A DNA stretch of 63,872 nucleotides, counting the filler, from Acidimicrobiia bacterium (GTDB lineage Bacteria; Actinomycetota; Acidimicrobiia; Spongiisociales; SHLN01): assembly GCA_041619515.1 (NCBI GenBank). It is 3 parts of 3 records of this genome, joined end to end, with 100 filler letters (N's around TTAATTAATTAA, not from the genome) between each part and the next. Parts side by side here need not be neighbours in the genome. Positions count along the whole stretch, not along the records: positions 1 to 25,690 come from JBFKDW010000041.1; 2 more parts are not named here. One strand, given 5' to 3'. Every line of letters starts with the position of its first letter. Positions within the stretch are counted from its first letter, which is position 1. Shown piece by piece: positions 1 through 10,243 of the stretch. A program made the position numbers and the translations under genes. The notes beneath the pieces are model-generated. The model made no database searches and had not been told where the DNA came from. It worked only from the letters and a program-made list of their open reading frames with translations.

Positions 1-99
1 CGGCTGCAGGCGCCGGGAAGCCCACGCCACGCGCGATGGGCGTGGCACCGGGCCCGCGCCGGCAGGTAGCTTGGGCGCGGTGTTCGGTCGGATGCTTGG

Positions 100-1914
100 A
101 TGCTGGCAATGACACAGATCGGTGACACCGACATCTGGGGCTTGCTGCGGGGGATCGATCTGTTCCTGTCCCTCGACGATGCGGCCCTGGAGAGCCTGGC
201 GGCGGGGGCAGAGCGCCTCCATCTCCGGGGAGGCGAGGTGCTCCTCCGTGAAGGGGACCCGCCCGACGCTCTCTACGTCGTGGCCAGCGGCCGCCTGCAG
301 GCCCTCGTCACCGCCGAGGGCGTCGAGACGATCGTGGGGGAGATCGGCCGCGGCGAGGTTGTCGGAGAAATGGGCATACTTGCCGACGAGACTCGTTCGG
401 CCACGGTCGTGGCGCTCCGCGACTCCAACCTGCTGCGTTTCAGCCGCGAACGGTTCGTGAAGTTCCTCCACGACCATCCCGAAGCCCTCTTCTCCGTCAG
501 CAGGCTGCTGATTCAGCGGTTGCGCCGCTCCATCAGGGCCGACGCCGGCGGGGCCTCACTGCGCACCGTCGCGATCGTTCCGATCGGCGATGACCCGCGC
601 CCCGCCACCTTCGCCCGCCATCTCACCTCCATGCTGAGTGAGTGGGGGGTCGCCAGGCTGGTGTCCGGCGACGATGTCGACGCCTCGCTGGGTGACGATC
701 AGCTCACCCGGCATCTCCACGACCTCGAAGAGACCAATGACCTGCTCGTGTACCTGGCCGATCCCGAACCGTCGAGCTGGACTCGCCGGTGCCTGAGACA
801 GGCCGATCGGGTCATGCTGGTGGCTCCCGCCGAGATCGATCAGAGCGTGCGCCCAGTCGAACGCACACTCCTCGGGCCGGCGGCCCCAGATGAGACCAAG
901 GCGCAGGTGGACCTGGTTCTCATTCATCCCGATCATGCGGCCCGCCCCGATCACGGCGTCCGATGGCTCGGCGGGCGCCGTATCAAGCGCCTCCACCATG
1001 TCCGGCTGCATGCACGTGACGATTTGCTCCGCGTCGCCCGCGCGCTGACCCACCGGGAAGTGGCCCTCGTGTTGAGCGGCGGAGGTGCACGAGGGGCCGC
1101 CCACATCGGCGTGCTGAAGGCATTGCAGGAGCAAGGTATTCCACTCGACGCCATCGGCGGCGCATCGTTCGGCTCCATCATCGGGGGCGGAATCGCCTAC
1201 GGCATGGACTGGGAGGAATTGAGGCACGCACTGTGGGAGCACGTGGTGATGAACGCGAGCATGATCGACCTCACCGCCCCGGCGGTGTCGCTGGCACGCG
1301 GCCAGCGTGCCATCGACGTCCTGCATGCCCTCTATGGCAACATCGATATCGAAGATCTGTGGCTGCCTTTTTTCTGTGTCTCCAGCGACTTGACCAACGG
1401 GCGCCTGATGATCCATGACCGGGGCCCGCTGTGGAAGGCCATTCGGGCGAGCATTGCGATACCGGGCCTGTTCCCGCCGGTCCGATCGGCCGACGGCGAA
1501 GTCCTGGTGGACGGCTCCGTCATGAACAATCTGCCGGTGGACGTGATGGAGGAGTTCTACGGCGGCGGCGTGATCATCGCCGTGAACCTCAAGGGGAGCG
1601 CGGCGCTGCCCAGCGGCGGGCTGCCCGAGAACGGCGTGCTGTCGGGCTGGGGTCCAATGGCTCGCCGCCTGAATCCACTGGCGGACTCCGCCGGTCTTCC
1701 GGGTATCGTCGAGCTGCTGTTGCGATCGACCGAGACCGCCAATGTCCTCGCCGCCAACCGCCTCGAACAGCAAGCCCACATCGTGCTGCGCCCAGCAGTT
1801 GGCGACTACGGCTTGCTGGCATTCCAGAACTTCGACCGGCTGATCGACGCCGGCTACCAGCACGTGATGGAGGAAATGCCGCGCTACGAGGACATGTTGA
1901 AGCCGGTTCTGTGA
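100..1914 (+). CDS. cNMP-binding domain patatin-like phospholipase (NTE/RssA family)
   Basis: N-terminal cNMP domain (GEVVGEMGIL..RSATVVA); patatin motifs LSGGGARG, GASFG (GxSxG) and DGS; start could be ATG 109. Confidence 0.9.
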   Translation: MLAMTQIGDTDIWGLLRGIDLFLSLDDAALESLAAGAERLHLRGGEVLLREGDPPDALYVVASGRLQALVTAEGVETIVGEIGRGEVVGEMGILADETRSATVVALRDSNLLRFSRERFVKFLHDHPEALFSVSRLLIQRLRRSIRADAGGASLRTVAIVPIGDDPRPATFARHLTSMLSEWGVARLVSGDDVDASLGDDQLTRHLHDLEETNDLLVYLADPEPSSWTRRCLRQADRVMLVAPAEIDQSVRPVERTLLGPAAPDETKAQVDLVLIHPDHAARPDHGVRWLGGRRIKRLHHVRLHARDDLLRVARALTHREVALVLSGGGARGAAHIGVLKALQEQGIPLDAIGGASFGSIIGGGIAYGMDWEELRHALWEHVVMNASMIDLTAPAVSLARGQRAIDVLHALYGNIDIEDLWLPFFCVSSDLTNGRLMIHDRGPLWKAIRASIAIPGLFPPVRSADGEVLVDGSVMNNLPVDVMEEFYGGGVIIAVNLKGSAALPSGGLPENGVLSGWGPMARRLNPLADSAGLPGIVELLLRSTETANVLAANRLEQQAHIVLRPAVGDYGLLAFQNFDRLIDAGYQHVMEEMPRYEDMLKPVL

Positions 1915-2140
1915 CCGCCCGGCTGGGCGCGGGCGATGCGGTGAGATGCAAACACCCGTCCTCGTCCCGGAGCTCCGCGCTTCATCGATCCCGCATCTCT
2001 GCCCGCTGAAGGCTGACGCTAGCTGTCCGCGGTGGTCCCGTATCGGCTGCGACGATCGCGCATCGACGCATGGCGTGCAGAGCACGTCGGGCATTTAGTT
2101 CCCGCATCGTGGATGCACTCGACTGTCAGCGTTCGGAAGA

Positions 2141-2839
2141 TCAGCTGCGGGGATAGCGGGAAGAACGGCGCTGGCTCGGGGGGACCACCGGGGTGGCCGT
2201 GGACGGCCCTGCCGGCATGTCGACGGGGACTTGCGCCAGGATCTCGAGACCCCGCCGGTTGCGTTCTTCGACCGTCATGTCATCCCACCGGTCGATTTCG
2301 TCGAGCGTGCGCTCGGTCCAGTCATGGACGGTGTTCATCAGGCTGACAAAGAAGTCGATAGCCAGCGCTCGCACGTACGTCTGGTCCTGCAGGGCCCCCC
2401 GGCCGTCGAGATACTCTCGTTTGACTTCGCCACCGAAGCTCATCATCTCCTCGACATCCCGGCGAACTTGCTCCAGGGCTCGCTTCACCTGTTTGGTTTC
2501 GGCGACCGGCGCGGCGAACAGCCGCAGCATGCCTTCGAACTCCATCGCGAACGGCGAGGGGGGAATGTCGAACCACCTGGTGAGTTCCTCCAATCCTTCT
2601 TCGGTGATGGAGTAGACGGTGCGGGCCCGTTTGCCGACGAATTCCTTGCGGGCAGCAACCAGACCGGCCGCAGCCAGCTGTTTGATCTCCCGGTAAATGG
2701 CGCTTTCGGCCCGGGGCCAGACGTAGCGGAAGTAGCGGGCACTCTGGTTGGCCAGGTCATAGGTGGACCACGGCCGCAGCGACAGCTGGGTCAACAGCGC
2801 GTAGGACGTGGTGGTAAGCCGGCGGTTCTGTGTTGACAT
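2141..2839 (-). CDS. PadR family transcriptional regulator
   Basis: wHTH pattern YALL..L...PWSTYDL...W...ESAIYREIKQL...R..YSITEEG; ATG at 2839 preceded by a TATGAT -10 box. Confidence 0.85.
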   Translation of the reverse strand: MSTQNRRLTTTSYALLTQLSLRPWSTYDLANQSARYFRYVWPRAESAIYREIKQLAAAGLVAARKEFVGKRARTVYSITEEGLEELTRWFDIPPSPFAMEFEGMLRLFAAPVAETKQVKRALEQVRRDVEEMMSFGGEVKREYLDGRGALQDQTYVRALAIDFFVSLMNTVHDWTERTLDEIDRWDDMTVEERNRRGLEILAQVPVDMPAGPSTATPVVPPSQRRSSRYPRS

Positions 2840-2880
2840 ACTCCGAATCATAGTATATTTTTTACTAGCGTTGGGAGTAT
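2838..2880. promoter_or_regulatory. Nested inverted repeat, candidate PadR operator in a divergent promoter region
   Basis: ATACTCC-N6-TAGTA-N7-TACTA-N6-GGAGTAT, both arm pairs centred on 2859; AT-rich. Confidence 0.65.
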
Positions 2881-2896
2881 CTTCATGAGGGGAGCT

Positions 2897-3985
2897 ATGA
2901 ACGATCGCAACATTGACACCGTCGTAGTGGGAGGGGGTCAAACCGGCCTCATCACGGGCCACGCCCTGAAGGAACGGGGAGTCGGTTTCGTCATCCTGGA
3001 TGCCAGCGCCCGAATCGGTGATGCGTGGCGCCACCGCTGGGATTCGCTGCGGTTGTTCACGCAGGCGTTCATGAACGGGCTTCCGGGCATGCCGTTCCCG
3101 GCTCCCCGCAACGAGTTCGTCGGCAAGAACGAGGTAGCCGACTTCCTCGAGACCTACGCTCGTGAGATGGAGCTGCCGGTCCGGTCCGGCGTGCGGGTGG
3201 AGCGGGTCGGAAAGCCCGGCGATCTCTTCACAGTGGACACCAGCGCCGGCTCGTACCGGGCCCGAAACGTAATCATTGCCATGGCCGACTATCAGAAGCC
3301 GTACGTCCCGGACTTCGCCGGCGAGCTCGATCCGAGCATCAAGCAGTTCCACACCACCGACTACCACAACCCTGCCCAGCTGCCGGAGGGCCCGGTCCTG
3401 GTCGTCGGTCTGGGCAACTCGGGCGCCGACATCTCGCTCGACGTGTCGGCGACGCACGACACGACGGTGGCAGGTACGGAAGCGGGAGCGGTGCCGTTCA
3501 AGCTGGAAGGATTCTTCGGCCGCACCGTCGGCACCCGCCTCGTTCGCTTCGCCATGGTCCGCGTGCTCAACACCTCAACGCCGATCGGGCGCCGGGCCCG
3601 TCCCAAGATGATGGCGAGTGGTCCGCCGCTGGTACGGGTGCGACCCAAGGAGCTGAAGCAGGCGGGAGTGAAACGAGTCGGCCGCGTCGCCGGTGTCGAG
3701 GACGGCAAGCCCGTCACCGACGACGGTCAGGTGATCGATGTCGCCAGCGTCATCTGGTGCACCGGCTACCGACCCGGTTTCGACTGGATCGACCTGCCGG
3801 TCTTCGACGAGAACCACATGCCGATCCACCAGCGGGGGATTGTCGAGGAAGTCCCCGGGCTGTACTTCGTCGGGCTGTTCTTCCTGCATGCCATGTGGTC
3901 AGAAACCATCACCGGCGTCCAACCGGACGTCGAATACATCGTCAAGCACCTGATGAAGACCCGGGAGCGACAACCCGTCGGCTGA
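2897..3985 (+). CDS. Flavin-dependent oxidoreductase/monooxygenase (CzcO/ArsO-like)
   Basis: GGGQTG FAD motif, WRHRWDSLRLFT, VVGLGNSG NAD(P) motif, IWCTGY; RBS GAGGGGAG before ATG 2897. Confidence 0.85.
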   Translation: MNDRNIDTVVVGGGQTGLITGHALKERGVGFVILDASARIGDAWRHRWDSLRLFTQAFMNGLPGMPFPAPRNEFVGKNEVADFLETYAREMELPVRSGVRVERVGKPGDLFTVDTSAGSYRARNVIIAMADYQKPYVPDFAGELDPSIKQFHTTDYHNPAQLPEGPVLVVGLGNSGADISLDVSATHDTTVAGTEAGAVPFKLEGFFGRTVGTRLVRFAMVRVLNTSTPIGRRARPKMMASGPPLVRVRPKELKQAGVKRVGRVAGVEDGKPVTDDGQVIDVASVIWCTGYRPGFDWIDLPVFDENHMPIHQRGIVEEVPGLYFVGLFFLHAMWSETITGVQPDVEYIVKHLMKTRERQPVG

Positions 3986-4033
3986 TCAGGGCTCGACGGC
4001 ACTGAGTCACGATCACTGATAGAACAATGCTTC

Positions 4034-4300
4034 GTGCGCTTTGGAGGTCTGGGGTTCTTGAAAGCAGCCGGTGCTGCCCCAGACCGGCATCTAGCCTGGG
4101 CCGGTGCCGGAGACCCCGACCCTGTTGACAGTCTCGAATCGCCGCACCCGCAACACCGCCGAAACCGGGGTGGACGCCGTTACCACGGCGCTGCTTGGCA
4201 GAGTCTTCCAGCAGGCTTCGTCGTAAATGCGCTCAATCCCAAGACGGCGGGTTCCTGGCGTTCGTGCCCCAATTCGCGATCCCGGCCGGGACTGTTGACG
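4034..4300 (+). pseudogene. Degenerate LysE/RhtB translocator remnant
   Basis: LKAAGAA and GFVVNALNPKTA in one frame, then FLAFVPQF in a shifted frame from 4252; typical LysE motif NPKxxxFFLAFLPQF broken by a frameshift; N- and C-terminal parts missing. Confidence 0.65.
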
Positions 4301-4318
4301 CAGCGCTAGGTTGGGCGC

Positions 4319-4669
4319 ATGAAGCACGTCGAAGTGTCCGAGTTTCTCGTCACCCAGGGTGAGATGCAGGCGTTCACATCTGCGATGCAGACCTGGGAGC
4401 GGCTGGCGCTGCGGGACGAGAACGGCCCGTACCAGCACACCGTCCTCGTGGACGAGGACGACGCCTGCCGGGTGACGGCCGTCACCCAGTTCGCCACTGC
4501 CGAACGGGCGGCCGCCTTCAAAGAGAGGGGCCTCGGCGCCGAGCTCCTCGCCAGGGTGAGCTCGCATTGCGACCAGGCGCCGGTCGTGCGGCACTACTCG
4601 CTGTACTACGAGGCCGGTCCGGACGGTCCGGACACCGTCTTCGGAGAGCCGACCCATCCTTCCGGCTAG
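4319..4669 (+). CDS. Hypothetical protein, probable dimeric alpha-beta barrel (ABM-like)
   Basis: 116 aa ORF with coding-like composition; TAGGTT 6 nt before ATG; fold is a guess from sequence pattern. Confidence 0.6.
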   Translation: MKHVEVSEFLVTQGEMQAFTSAMQTWERLALRDENGPYQHTVLVDEDDACRVTAVTQFATAERAAAFKERGLGAELLARVSSHCDQAPVVRHYSLYYEAGPDGPDTVFGEPTHPSG

Positions 4670-5085
4670 TGCCCTCGCAGTCGCTGCGGGTGAAACCTGA
4701 TCGGTATGGGATAGCCGATCGCGAAGGTGCCCGGGGTCATACCGAGGCGCTCGATGTCGGCCCGGTACTTCTCTTGGTATTCGGGAATCTCGGTCGAGGG
4801 TGGATCCTCCGAAATGAATGCCGTGCCTTCGAGTACCACGATGTCGCCGCCCGTCCCGTTGCCGTCGAAGTTGAACGAAGCGGCCGGACTCCGGGCCAGG
4901 TTGCGAGTGCGAGCCGTCCCGTCCTTTGAGTAGATGAGCAGAGATAGGCCGTCCCACCAAAACCAGACCGGCGAAGGACGGGGCGTGCCGTCGGCATTCA
5001 CGGTGGTCATCCAGCCGACGATCTCGGTCTCCAGCCGGCGCCGAACCCGCCACCCGAACGGGGTATCTGGGATCGTGAAGCTCAT
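4666..5085 (-). CDS. PPOX-class F420-dependent oxidoreductase (Rv3369-like)
   Basis: RL..EIVGWMTTV..DG.P.PSPVWF.W, RTRNLARSP, FDGNGTGGDIVV.EG, Y..KY motifs. Confidence 0.85.
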   Translation of the reverse strand: MSFTIPDTPFGWRVRRRLETEIVGWMTTVNADGTPRPSPVWFWWDGLSLLIYSKDGTARTRNLARSPAASFNFDGNGTGGDIVVLEGTAFISEDPPSTEIPEYQEKYRADIERLGMTPGTFAIGYPIPIRFHPQRLRGH

Positions 5086-5180
5086 CGGTGTGACACTACC
5101 CGGGGCTCGGGAACCGCCGGGCCTGCTTGGCAACTCCGATGGAGGCCGCAGGAAACCCGGCAACCGGCGATCCGGCTACC

Positions 5181-5257
5181 TGGTCGGGCTGGCCGGATTT
5201 GAACCGGCGACCCCTTGCTCCCAAAGCAAGTGCGCTACCAAACTGCGCCACAGCCCG
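5181..5257 (-). tRNA. tRNA-Pro(TGG)
   Basis: Reverse complement CGGGCTGTGGCGCAGTTTGGTAGCGCA-CTTGC TT TGG GA GCAAG-...GGTTCAAATCC...CCCGACCA; full cloverleaf with encoded CCA. Confidence 0.97.
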
Positions 5258-5785
5258 TCAGGTGGGAGTGTAGATGCTCGCCCCGATCGGGCCATCGAGG
5301 GAAGAGCCAAACGGGAGCGCCGCACCGGTGTCGACGAGTTCCTCGAGCTGGCCGGACGCCGTTGGGGTCGCGGAGCCCGCCCAGATGCGCAGGATGAGGC
5401 CTGATTCGCCCAGCAGCACCGCGTAGATCTCGTCCTCGGTCGGCAGCCCCAGGGACCGAAGAAATCCGGCTGTGTCGACATAGAGCGGAATGGTCTTCTC
5501 GCGAGCCCGGCGGTCGGTGATGGCAGACCGCATCCCGTTATCGATGAATCGATGGTCATCCGGGGTGGACGCCTCGATGACGGGCATCTCGAAGTACTCG
5601 AAGGCCGGCTGCTGGAACTCCAGCCTTCGTGCGGTGCCCAGCCAGGAATCCACCATCGGCTGCTGCCATTCCCAGAACGCAATCACCGCCAGGGTGCGGT
5701 CGGCCCCGAAGGAGGCGGGAAACTCGAGCCGCTCACCGGCCAGCGACACGCCGGTCACCTGCGGAAAGAACACTGACTGGTCCAT
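5258..5785 (-). CDS. Conserved hypothetical protein, thioredoxin-like fold (resembles bacterial ATP10-like proteins)
   Basis: FP.V.G.SL.G....FP, IAF..WQQ.MVDSW, YFEMPVI, FIDNGMRS.I, T.PLY.D. Confidence 0.6.
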   Translation of the reverse strand: MDQSVFFPQVTGVSLAGERLEFPASFGADRTLAVIAFWEWQQPMVDSWLGTARRLEFQQPAFEYFEMPVIEASTPDDHRFIDNGMRSAITDRRAREKTIPLYVDTAGFLRSLGLPTEDEIYAVLLGESGLILRIWAGSATPTASGQLEELVDTGAALPFGSSLDGPIGASIYTPT

Positions 5786-5900
5786 GATCGGTATACGGGG
5801 TCGGGCACCGGGAGGGATGCCGGTTTGGGCCCGGGAGGGGCTTGGCGGCCGAGTTGCGAAGCGCCCGCCTGCCCGCCGGGCCCGGACTCGAACGAAGTCT

Positions 5901-5930
5901 GCAACTTCCGGGCGCTATCCGGCGTCATAT
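5901..5930 (+). promoter_or_regulatory. ECF sigma-type promoter of the VanZ gene
   Basis: GCAAC(5901-5905)-N17-CGTC(5923-5926), ATG at 5936. Confidence 0.55.
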
Positions 5931-5935
5931 CCAAC

Positions 5936-6634
5936 ATGTTCAGGACGCTGCAGGGCTGGTGGAGAAACGCGACGGACGCGCTCGGACTCATGTGGACCGA
6001 GCCCCTCAGCTGGATCATCCTGGTGGCGGCCGGCGCCTGGATCCTGTTCGAGCTGCGCCAAGCCGGGCGCCTGCAGCCCCTTCGTGCGCTGGCGATAGCC
6101 GGGCTCGGTGTCTGGATGGTGTCCGCCCTCGCCATCACCGTCTATCCCCTCGACTATTTGCAGGGTCCCGCCCTCTACCGATTCGACGTGCAGAGCGTGG
6201 TGCCGCTGTGGGGGACCGCCGAGTCGATCGCCAATTCCGGCGACCACTTGATGCCCGAGGCGCACTGGATGGCGGAGCGTGAGCGGCTGGCGAGGGACGC
6301 AGGAGTGCCGGTCGAGGAGATCAACCTGGACCGGCGGGTGCGCGGAGTCGGACTTGCCCAGGCCCTCAAGGATCCGATCGGCAACGTCGTGCTGTTCCTC
6401 CCGCTCGGGTTTCTCGCCGCGCTCGGCTGGGAGCAGTTGCGCGATCCGAGACGGGCGCTGCTGGCGGGGGCGGCGGTGTCCGGGGCGATCGAGCTCTCCC
6501 AGCTCCTGTTCGGCCTCGGGAGCCTCGGCACCGTCGACGACGTGATCTTCAACTCGCTCGGCGCCCTCATCGGATGGGCCGCCTGGAGCGCCATATTCGA
6601 CCTGACCAGGAGCGTGCGCGCGAGCCTGCGATAG
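5936..6634 (+). CDS. VanZ family membrane protein
   Basis: GNVVLFLPLGF, S..IELSQ, DDVIFNSLGA motifs; several TM segments. Confidence 0.85.
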   Translation: MFRTLQGWWRNATDALGLMWTEPLSWIILVAAGAWILFELRQAGRLQPLRALAIAGLGVWMVSALAITVYPLDYLQGPALYRFDVQSVVPLWGTAESIANSGDHLMPEAHWMAERERLARDAGVPVEEINLDRRVRGVGLAQALKDPIGNVVLFLPLGFLAALGWEQLRDPRRALLAGAAVSGAIELSQLLFGLGSLGTVDDVIFNSLGALIGWAAWSAIFDLTRSVRASLR

Positions 6635-6680
6635 CGGGACGTAGGCAACCGGGCGAGACCGCTCTAACCTGTAGGCCCCT

Positions 6681-6751
<71 letters not shown>

Positions 6752-6766
6752 CGGTAATTGGGTTCT

Positions 6767-6839
6767 GCCCCCGTAGCTCAGTGGACAGAGCAGGAGCCTT
6801 CTAAGCTCTTGGTCGGAGGTTCGAATCCTTCCGGGGGCG
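6767..6839 (+). tRNA. tRNA-Arg(TCT)
   Basis: GCCCCCGTAGCTCAGTGGACAGAGCA..GGAGC CT TCT AA GCTCT..GGTTCGAATCC..CGGGGGCG; CCA not encoded. Confidence 0.96.
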
Positions 6840-6856
6840 CCGCCTCATCACGGCGT

Positions 6857-6934
6857 GGTGGTTGTAGCTCAGTTGGTCAGAGCGCCGGGTTGTGGTCCCG
6901 GAGGTCGCGGGTTCGAGTCCCGTCAGCCACCCCA
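6857..6934 (+). tRNA. tRNA-His(GTG)
   Basis: G-1 plus GTGGTTGTAGCTCAGTTGG..CCGGG TT GTG GT CCCGG..GGTTCGAGTCC..CAGCCACCCCA. Confidence 0.96.
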
Positions 6935-6957
6935 AACAACAACGCAATAGGAGCCAA

Positions 6958-8358
6958 GTGGAAACCAACATCGTGGAGGCAGGTCCGTTCGAACGGGTCC
7001 TCACCGTTCAGATCGAACCGGCGGCGCTCGAGTCCGCCAAGGACGAGGCCGCCCGACGCCTCTCGAAGGACATGAAGGTGAAGGGCTTCAGGCCCGGAAA
7101 GGTGCCGCGCAAGGTGGTCGAGGCCACGCTGGGGGCAGCCAAGCTTCGCTCGGAGGCCATCGATGTGGCACTCCCCGGGATCGTGGCCGAGGCGCTCACG
7201 GCGGCCGACCTGCGGCCAGCCGCCACTCCGGCAGTGCAGGATCTGCGCGACACCGACGCCGGGGTCGAAGTGGACGTCAAGGTGACGCTATGGCCGACGC
7301 TCGACCACGTTCCCCTCTACGAGGGACGACGGGTGAGCATCGAGGCGCCTGAGGTGGACGAAGCGGACATCGACGAGCAGATTGATCGTCTCCGCAACCA
7401 ATTCGCAGAGCTGGAGGATGCCCAGCATCCGGTAACCGACGGCGACTATGCGGTCATCAACCTGACGGCCTCACACAACGGAACCCAGATCGACGATCTC
7501 ACCGCCAACGACCTTACCTACCCGGTTGGGTCGGAAAGCTTCGTTCCCGGCCTCGACGCCCACCTCATGGGCTCCAACGCCGGTTCCATCGTCAAGTACA
7601 ACGAAACGCTGCCGGAGGGCTTCGGCGACTACGGCGGCAAGGAAGTGACGTTCCAGGTGCTGGTAAAGGGTGTCAAGACCAAGCGCCTCCCCGACGTAAC
7701 CGATGCCTGGGTGGAGGAAGTTTCCGAGTTCGAATCGATCGATGCCCTCCGGGAAGAGCTCCGATCCGGCCTGAGAGAGCACAAGCTGGCGTCGGTCAGG
7801 CGCCAGTTCGCCGACACCGTCTTGTCCGAGCTGATCGAAGATATGGACGTCGAGCTGCCCCAGGCTCTGGTCGACGCCGAGATGGAGTACCAGATCCATC
7901 GCTTCCTGCATCGGCTCGACCAGCAGAGCATCCCGTTCGCCGATTACCTGCGCGTGACCGGTCAAACCGAGGAGGCCTTCCTGGCCGATGCCAAGCAGCA
8001 GGCCGAACGGTCATTGTCCGTTCGCATCCTGCTCGACGCGGTTGGGGAGGCGGAGGGAATTGCTGTGGCGGACGCGGAGTTGCAGGAAGCCATGGGTGCC
8101 CTGGCCGCTTCGAGTGAGCAGAGCCCCGAGGAATACGAAAAGGCGCTGCGCGAGAGTGGGCAAGTGGAGATCCTGAGTGGTGATATCCTGAGAAACAAGG
8201 TTATTGACCATCTGGTCGAAGCAGCCGTTCCCGTAGACGAGAACGGCAACGAGCTTTCGCTCGCTGAGACCGACGGGAGTGGCACCCCGACCGAGGCTGA
8301 GGCTGCGGTCACGGGCAGCGACACGGCCGAAGATGCCGCAACAGAAGACGAGGAGTGA
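6958..8358 (+). CDS. tig: Trigger factor
   Basis: GFRPGKVP ribosome-binding motif, FKBP-like domain; AGGAG RBS before GTG 6958; upstream of clpP-clpX. Confidence 0.95.
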   Translation: METNIVEAGPFERVLTVQIEPAALESAKDEAARRLSKDMKVKGFRPGKVPRKVVEATLGAAKLRSEAIDVALPGIVAEALTAADLRPAATPAVQDLRDTDAGVEVDVKVTLWPTLDHVPLYEGRRVSIEAPEVDEADIDEQIDRLRNQFAELEDAQHPVTDGDYAVINLTASHNGTQIDDLTANDLTYPVGSESFVPGLDAHLMGSNAGSIVKYNETLPEGFGDYGGKEVTFQVLVKGVKTKRLPDVTDAWVEEVSEFESIDALREELRSGLREHKLASVRRQFADTVLSELIEDMDVELPQALVDAEMEYQIHRFLHRLDQQSIPFADYLRVTGQTEEAFLADAKQQAERSLSVRILLDAVGEAEGIAVADAELQEAMGALAASSEQSPEEYEKALRESGQVEILSGDILRNKVIDHLVEAAVPVDENGNELSLAETDGSGTPTEAEAAVTGSDTAEDAATEDEE

Positions 8359-8359
8359 C

Positions 8360-8965
8360 ATGGGCTACCTAGTTCCAACCGTGATAGAGACCTCGAGCAG
8401 GGGGGAGCGGGCCTTCGACATCTACAGCCGGCTGCTCAAGGAACGGATCATCTTCCTCGGCACACCAATCGACGACACCGTTGCCAATCTGGTCATGGCC
8501 CAGCTGCTGCACCTGGAGAGCGAAGATCCCGACAAGGACATCGCCCTGTACATCAACTCACCGGGCGGCGTGGTCTCTTCGTTCTTCGCCATGTACGACA
8601 CGATCCAGCACATCAAGCCGGACGTGTCTACCTTCTGCATGGGCCAGGCGGCATCGGCTGCCGCGGTGCTGATGGCTGCCGGAGCACCCGGGAAGCGGTT
8701 TGCCCTCCCGCACGCTCGCATCATGCTTCACCAGCCCCACGGCGGCGTTGAGGGCCAGGTGACCGACATCGAGATCCAGGCCAAGGAGATCGTGCGGCTC
8801 CGGCTCGAGCTGAACAACATCCTCGTCGATCACACCGGCCAGAATCTCGATACCATCCAAAAAGACACCGAGCGAGACTTCTGGATGACGGCCGACGAGG
8901 CTAAGGGATACGGTGTAATTGACGAAGTTCTGATGCCGAGGCGCCTCGCGTCGGTTGGGAGTTAA
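8360..8965 (+). CDS. clpP: ATP-dependent Clp protease proteolytic subunit
   Basis: [29 protein letters not shown] (catalytic Ser), MLHQP (His), ERD. Confidence 0.97.
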   Translation: MGYLVPTVIETSSRGERAFDIYSRLLKERIIFLGTPIDDTVANLVMAQLLHLESEDPDKDIALYINSPGGVVSSFFAMYDTIQHIKPDVSTFCMGQAASAAAVLMAAGAPGKRFALPHARIMLHQPHGGVEGQVTDIEIQAKEIVRLRLELNNILVDHTGQNLDTIQKDTERDFWMTADEAKGYGVIDEVLMPRRLASVGS

Positions 8966-8968
8966 CGA

Positions 8969-10243
8969 GTGGCCAAGTTCAGCGACGGCTCCGAGCTGCT
9001 GAAATGCAGCTTCTGTGGCAAGTCCCAGAAGCAGGTCAAGAAGCTCATTGCCGGCCCCGGCGTCTACATCTGCGACGAATGCATCGACCTGTGCAACGAG
9101 ATCATCGAAGAAGAGCTGGGAACCACCGCCGAAGTCGCCCCCACAGAACTGCCCAAGCCGCGGGAGATATTCGAGTTCCTCGACGACTACGTCGTCGGTC
9201 AGGATCAAGCCAAGAAGATCCTGTCGGTTGCCGTCTACAACCACTACAAGCGGGTCAACGCCGGCCTGAAGGAAACCGACGGGGTCGAGCTCCAGAAGTC
9301 CAACATCCTGATGATCGGACCCACCGGGTGCGGCAAGACCCTGCTCGCCCAGACATTGGCCCGCCAGCTCAATGTGCCGTTTGCCATCGCCGACGCCACC
9401 GCCCTCACCGAAGCGGGCTACGTGGGGGAGGACGTCGAGAACATTCTCTTGAAGCTGCTGCAGGCGGCCGACTTCGATGTCGCCCGCGCCGAGACCGGCA
9501 TCATCTACATCGACGAGATCGACAAGGTCGCCCGCAAGGCGGAGAACCCCTCCATCACCCGTGACGTGTCCGGGGAGGGTGTCCAGCAGGCGCTGCTCAA
9601 GATCATCGAGGGAACCGTGGCGTCGGTGCCTCCCCAGGGTGGGCGCAAGCATCCGCACCAGGAGTTCATCCAGATCGATACCTCCAACATGTTGTTCATC
9701 TGTGGTGGCGCCTTCGCCGGCCTCGAGCAGGTCATCAGCTCCCGGGTAGGCAAACAGGGGATCGGCTTCGCAGCCGAAATCCACAGTCGGAACGAGAACC
9801 GCAGCGACGAGATGCTGGCCGAGGTGCTGCCGGAGGATCTCATCAAGTTCGGTCTCATTCCCGAATTCATCGGGCGCCTTCCGGTGGTGGCCACCGTCGA
9901 CGATCTCGATCGGGATGCCCTCATCAGCATCCTCAAAGAGCCGAAGAACGCGCTCGTCCGCCAGTACGCCAAGTTCTTCGAGATGGACGGAGTGGAGCTC
10001 ATCTTCAGCGAGGAAGCGCTCGATGCGATCGCCGACCAGGCGGTGTTGCGGGGAACCGGGGCCCGCGGCTTGCGCGCCATCATGGAAGAGGTGCTCCTCA
10101 ACACGATGTACGACCTCCCGTCCCGCGACGACATCGGCCAGGTGATGATCGACGCCGATGTGGTCGCTCAGCGAGTGAACCCCACCCTCGTGCCCGTCAA
10201 AGAGGTCCCACCGGGCGACGAGGTATCCGAGCGCAGCGCCTGA
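8969..10243 (+). CDS. clpX: ATP-dependent Clp protease ATP-binding subunit
   Basis: CSFCGK zinc finger, GPTGCGKT Walker A, IDEIDK Walker B, IGF loop, [10 protein letters not shown]. Confidence 0.98.
   Translation: MAKFSDGSELLKCSFCGKSQKQVKKLIAGPGVYICDECIDLCNEIIEEELGTTAEVAPTELPKPREIFEFLDDYVVGQDQAKKILSVAVYNHYKRVNAGLKETDGVELQKSNILMIGPTGCGKTLLAQTLARQLNVPFAIADATALTEAGYVGEDVENILLKLLQAADFDVARAETGIIYIDEIDKVARKAENPSITRDVSGEGVQQALLKIIEGTVASVPPQGGRKHPHQEFIQIDTSNMLFICGGAFAGLEQVISSRVGKQGIGFAAEIHSRNENRSDEMLAEVLPEDLIKFGLIPEFIGRLPVVATVDDLDRDALISILKEPKNALVRQYAKFFEMDGVELIFSEEALDAIADQAVLRGTGARGLRAIMEEVLLNTMYDLPSRDDIGQVMIDADVVAQRVNPTLVPVKEVPPGDEVSERSA

Noticed and set aside
100..1914. Patatin as a CBASS effector
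   Set aside because: cNMP-patatin NTE/RssA architecture; no CD-NTase visible, though sequence upstream of the window is unseen.
1915..2140. ncRNA or small gene after the patatin gene
   Set aside because: No convincing hairpin, promoter or coding signal found by eye.
6892..6957. N-terminal extension of trigger factor in the ORF track
   Set aside because: Overlaps tRNA-His; the RBS supports GTG 6958. Similar over-extensions were trimmed for padR, valS, folC, cobB, serA, yceI and others.
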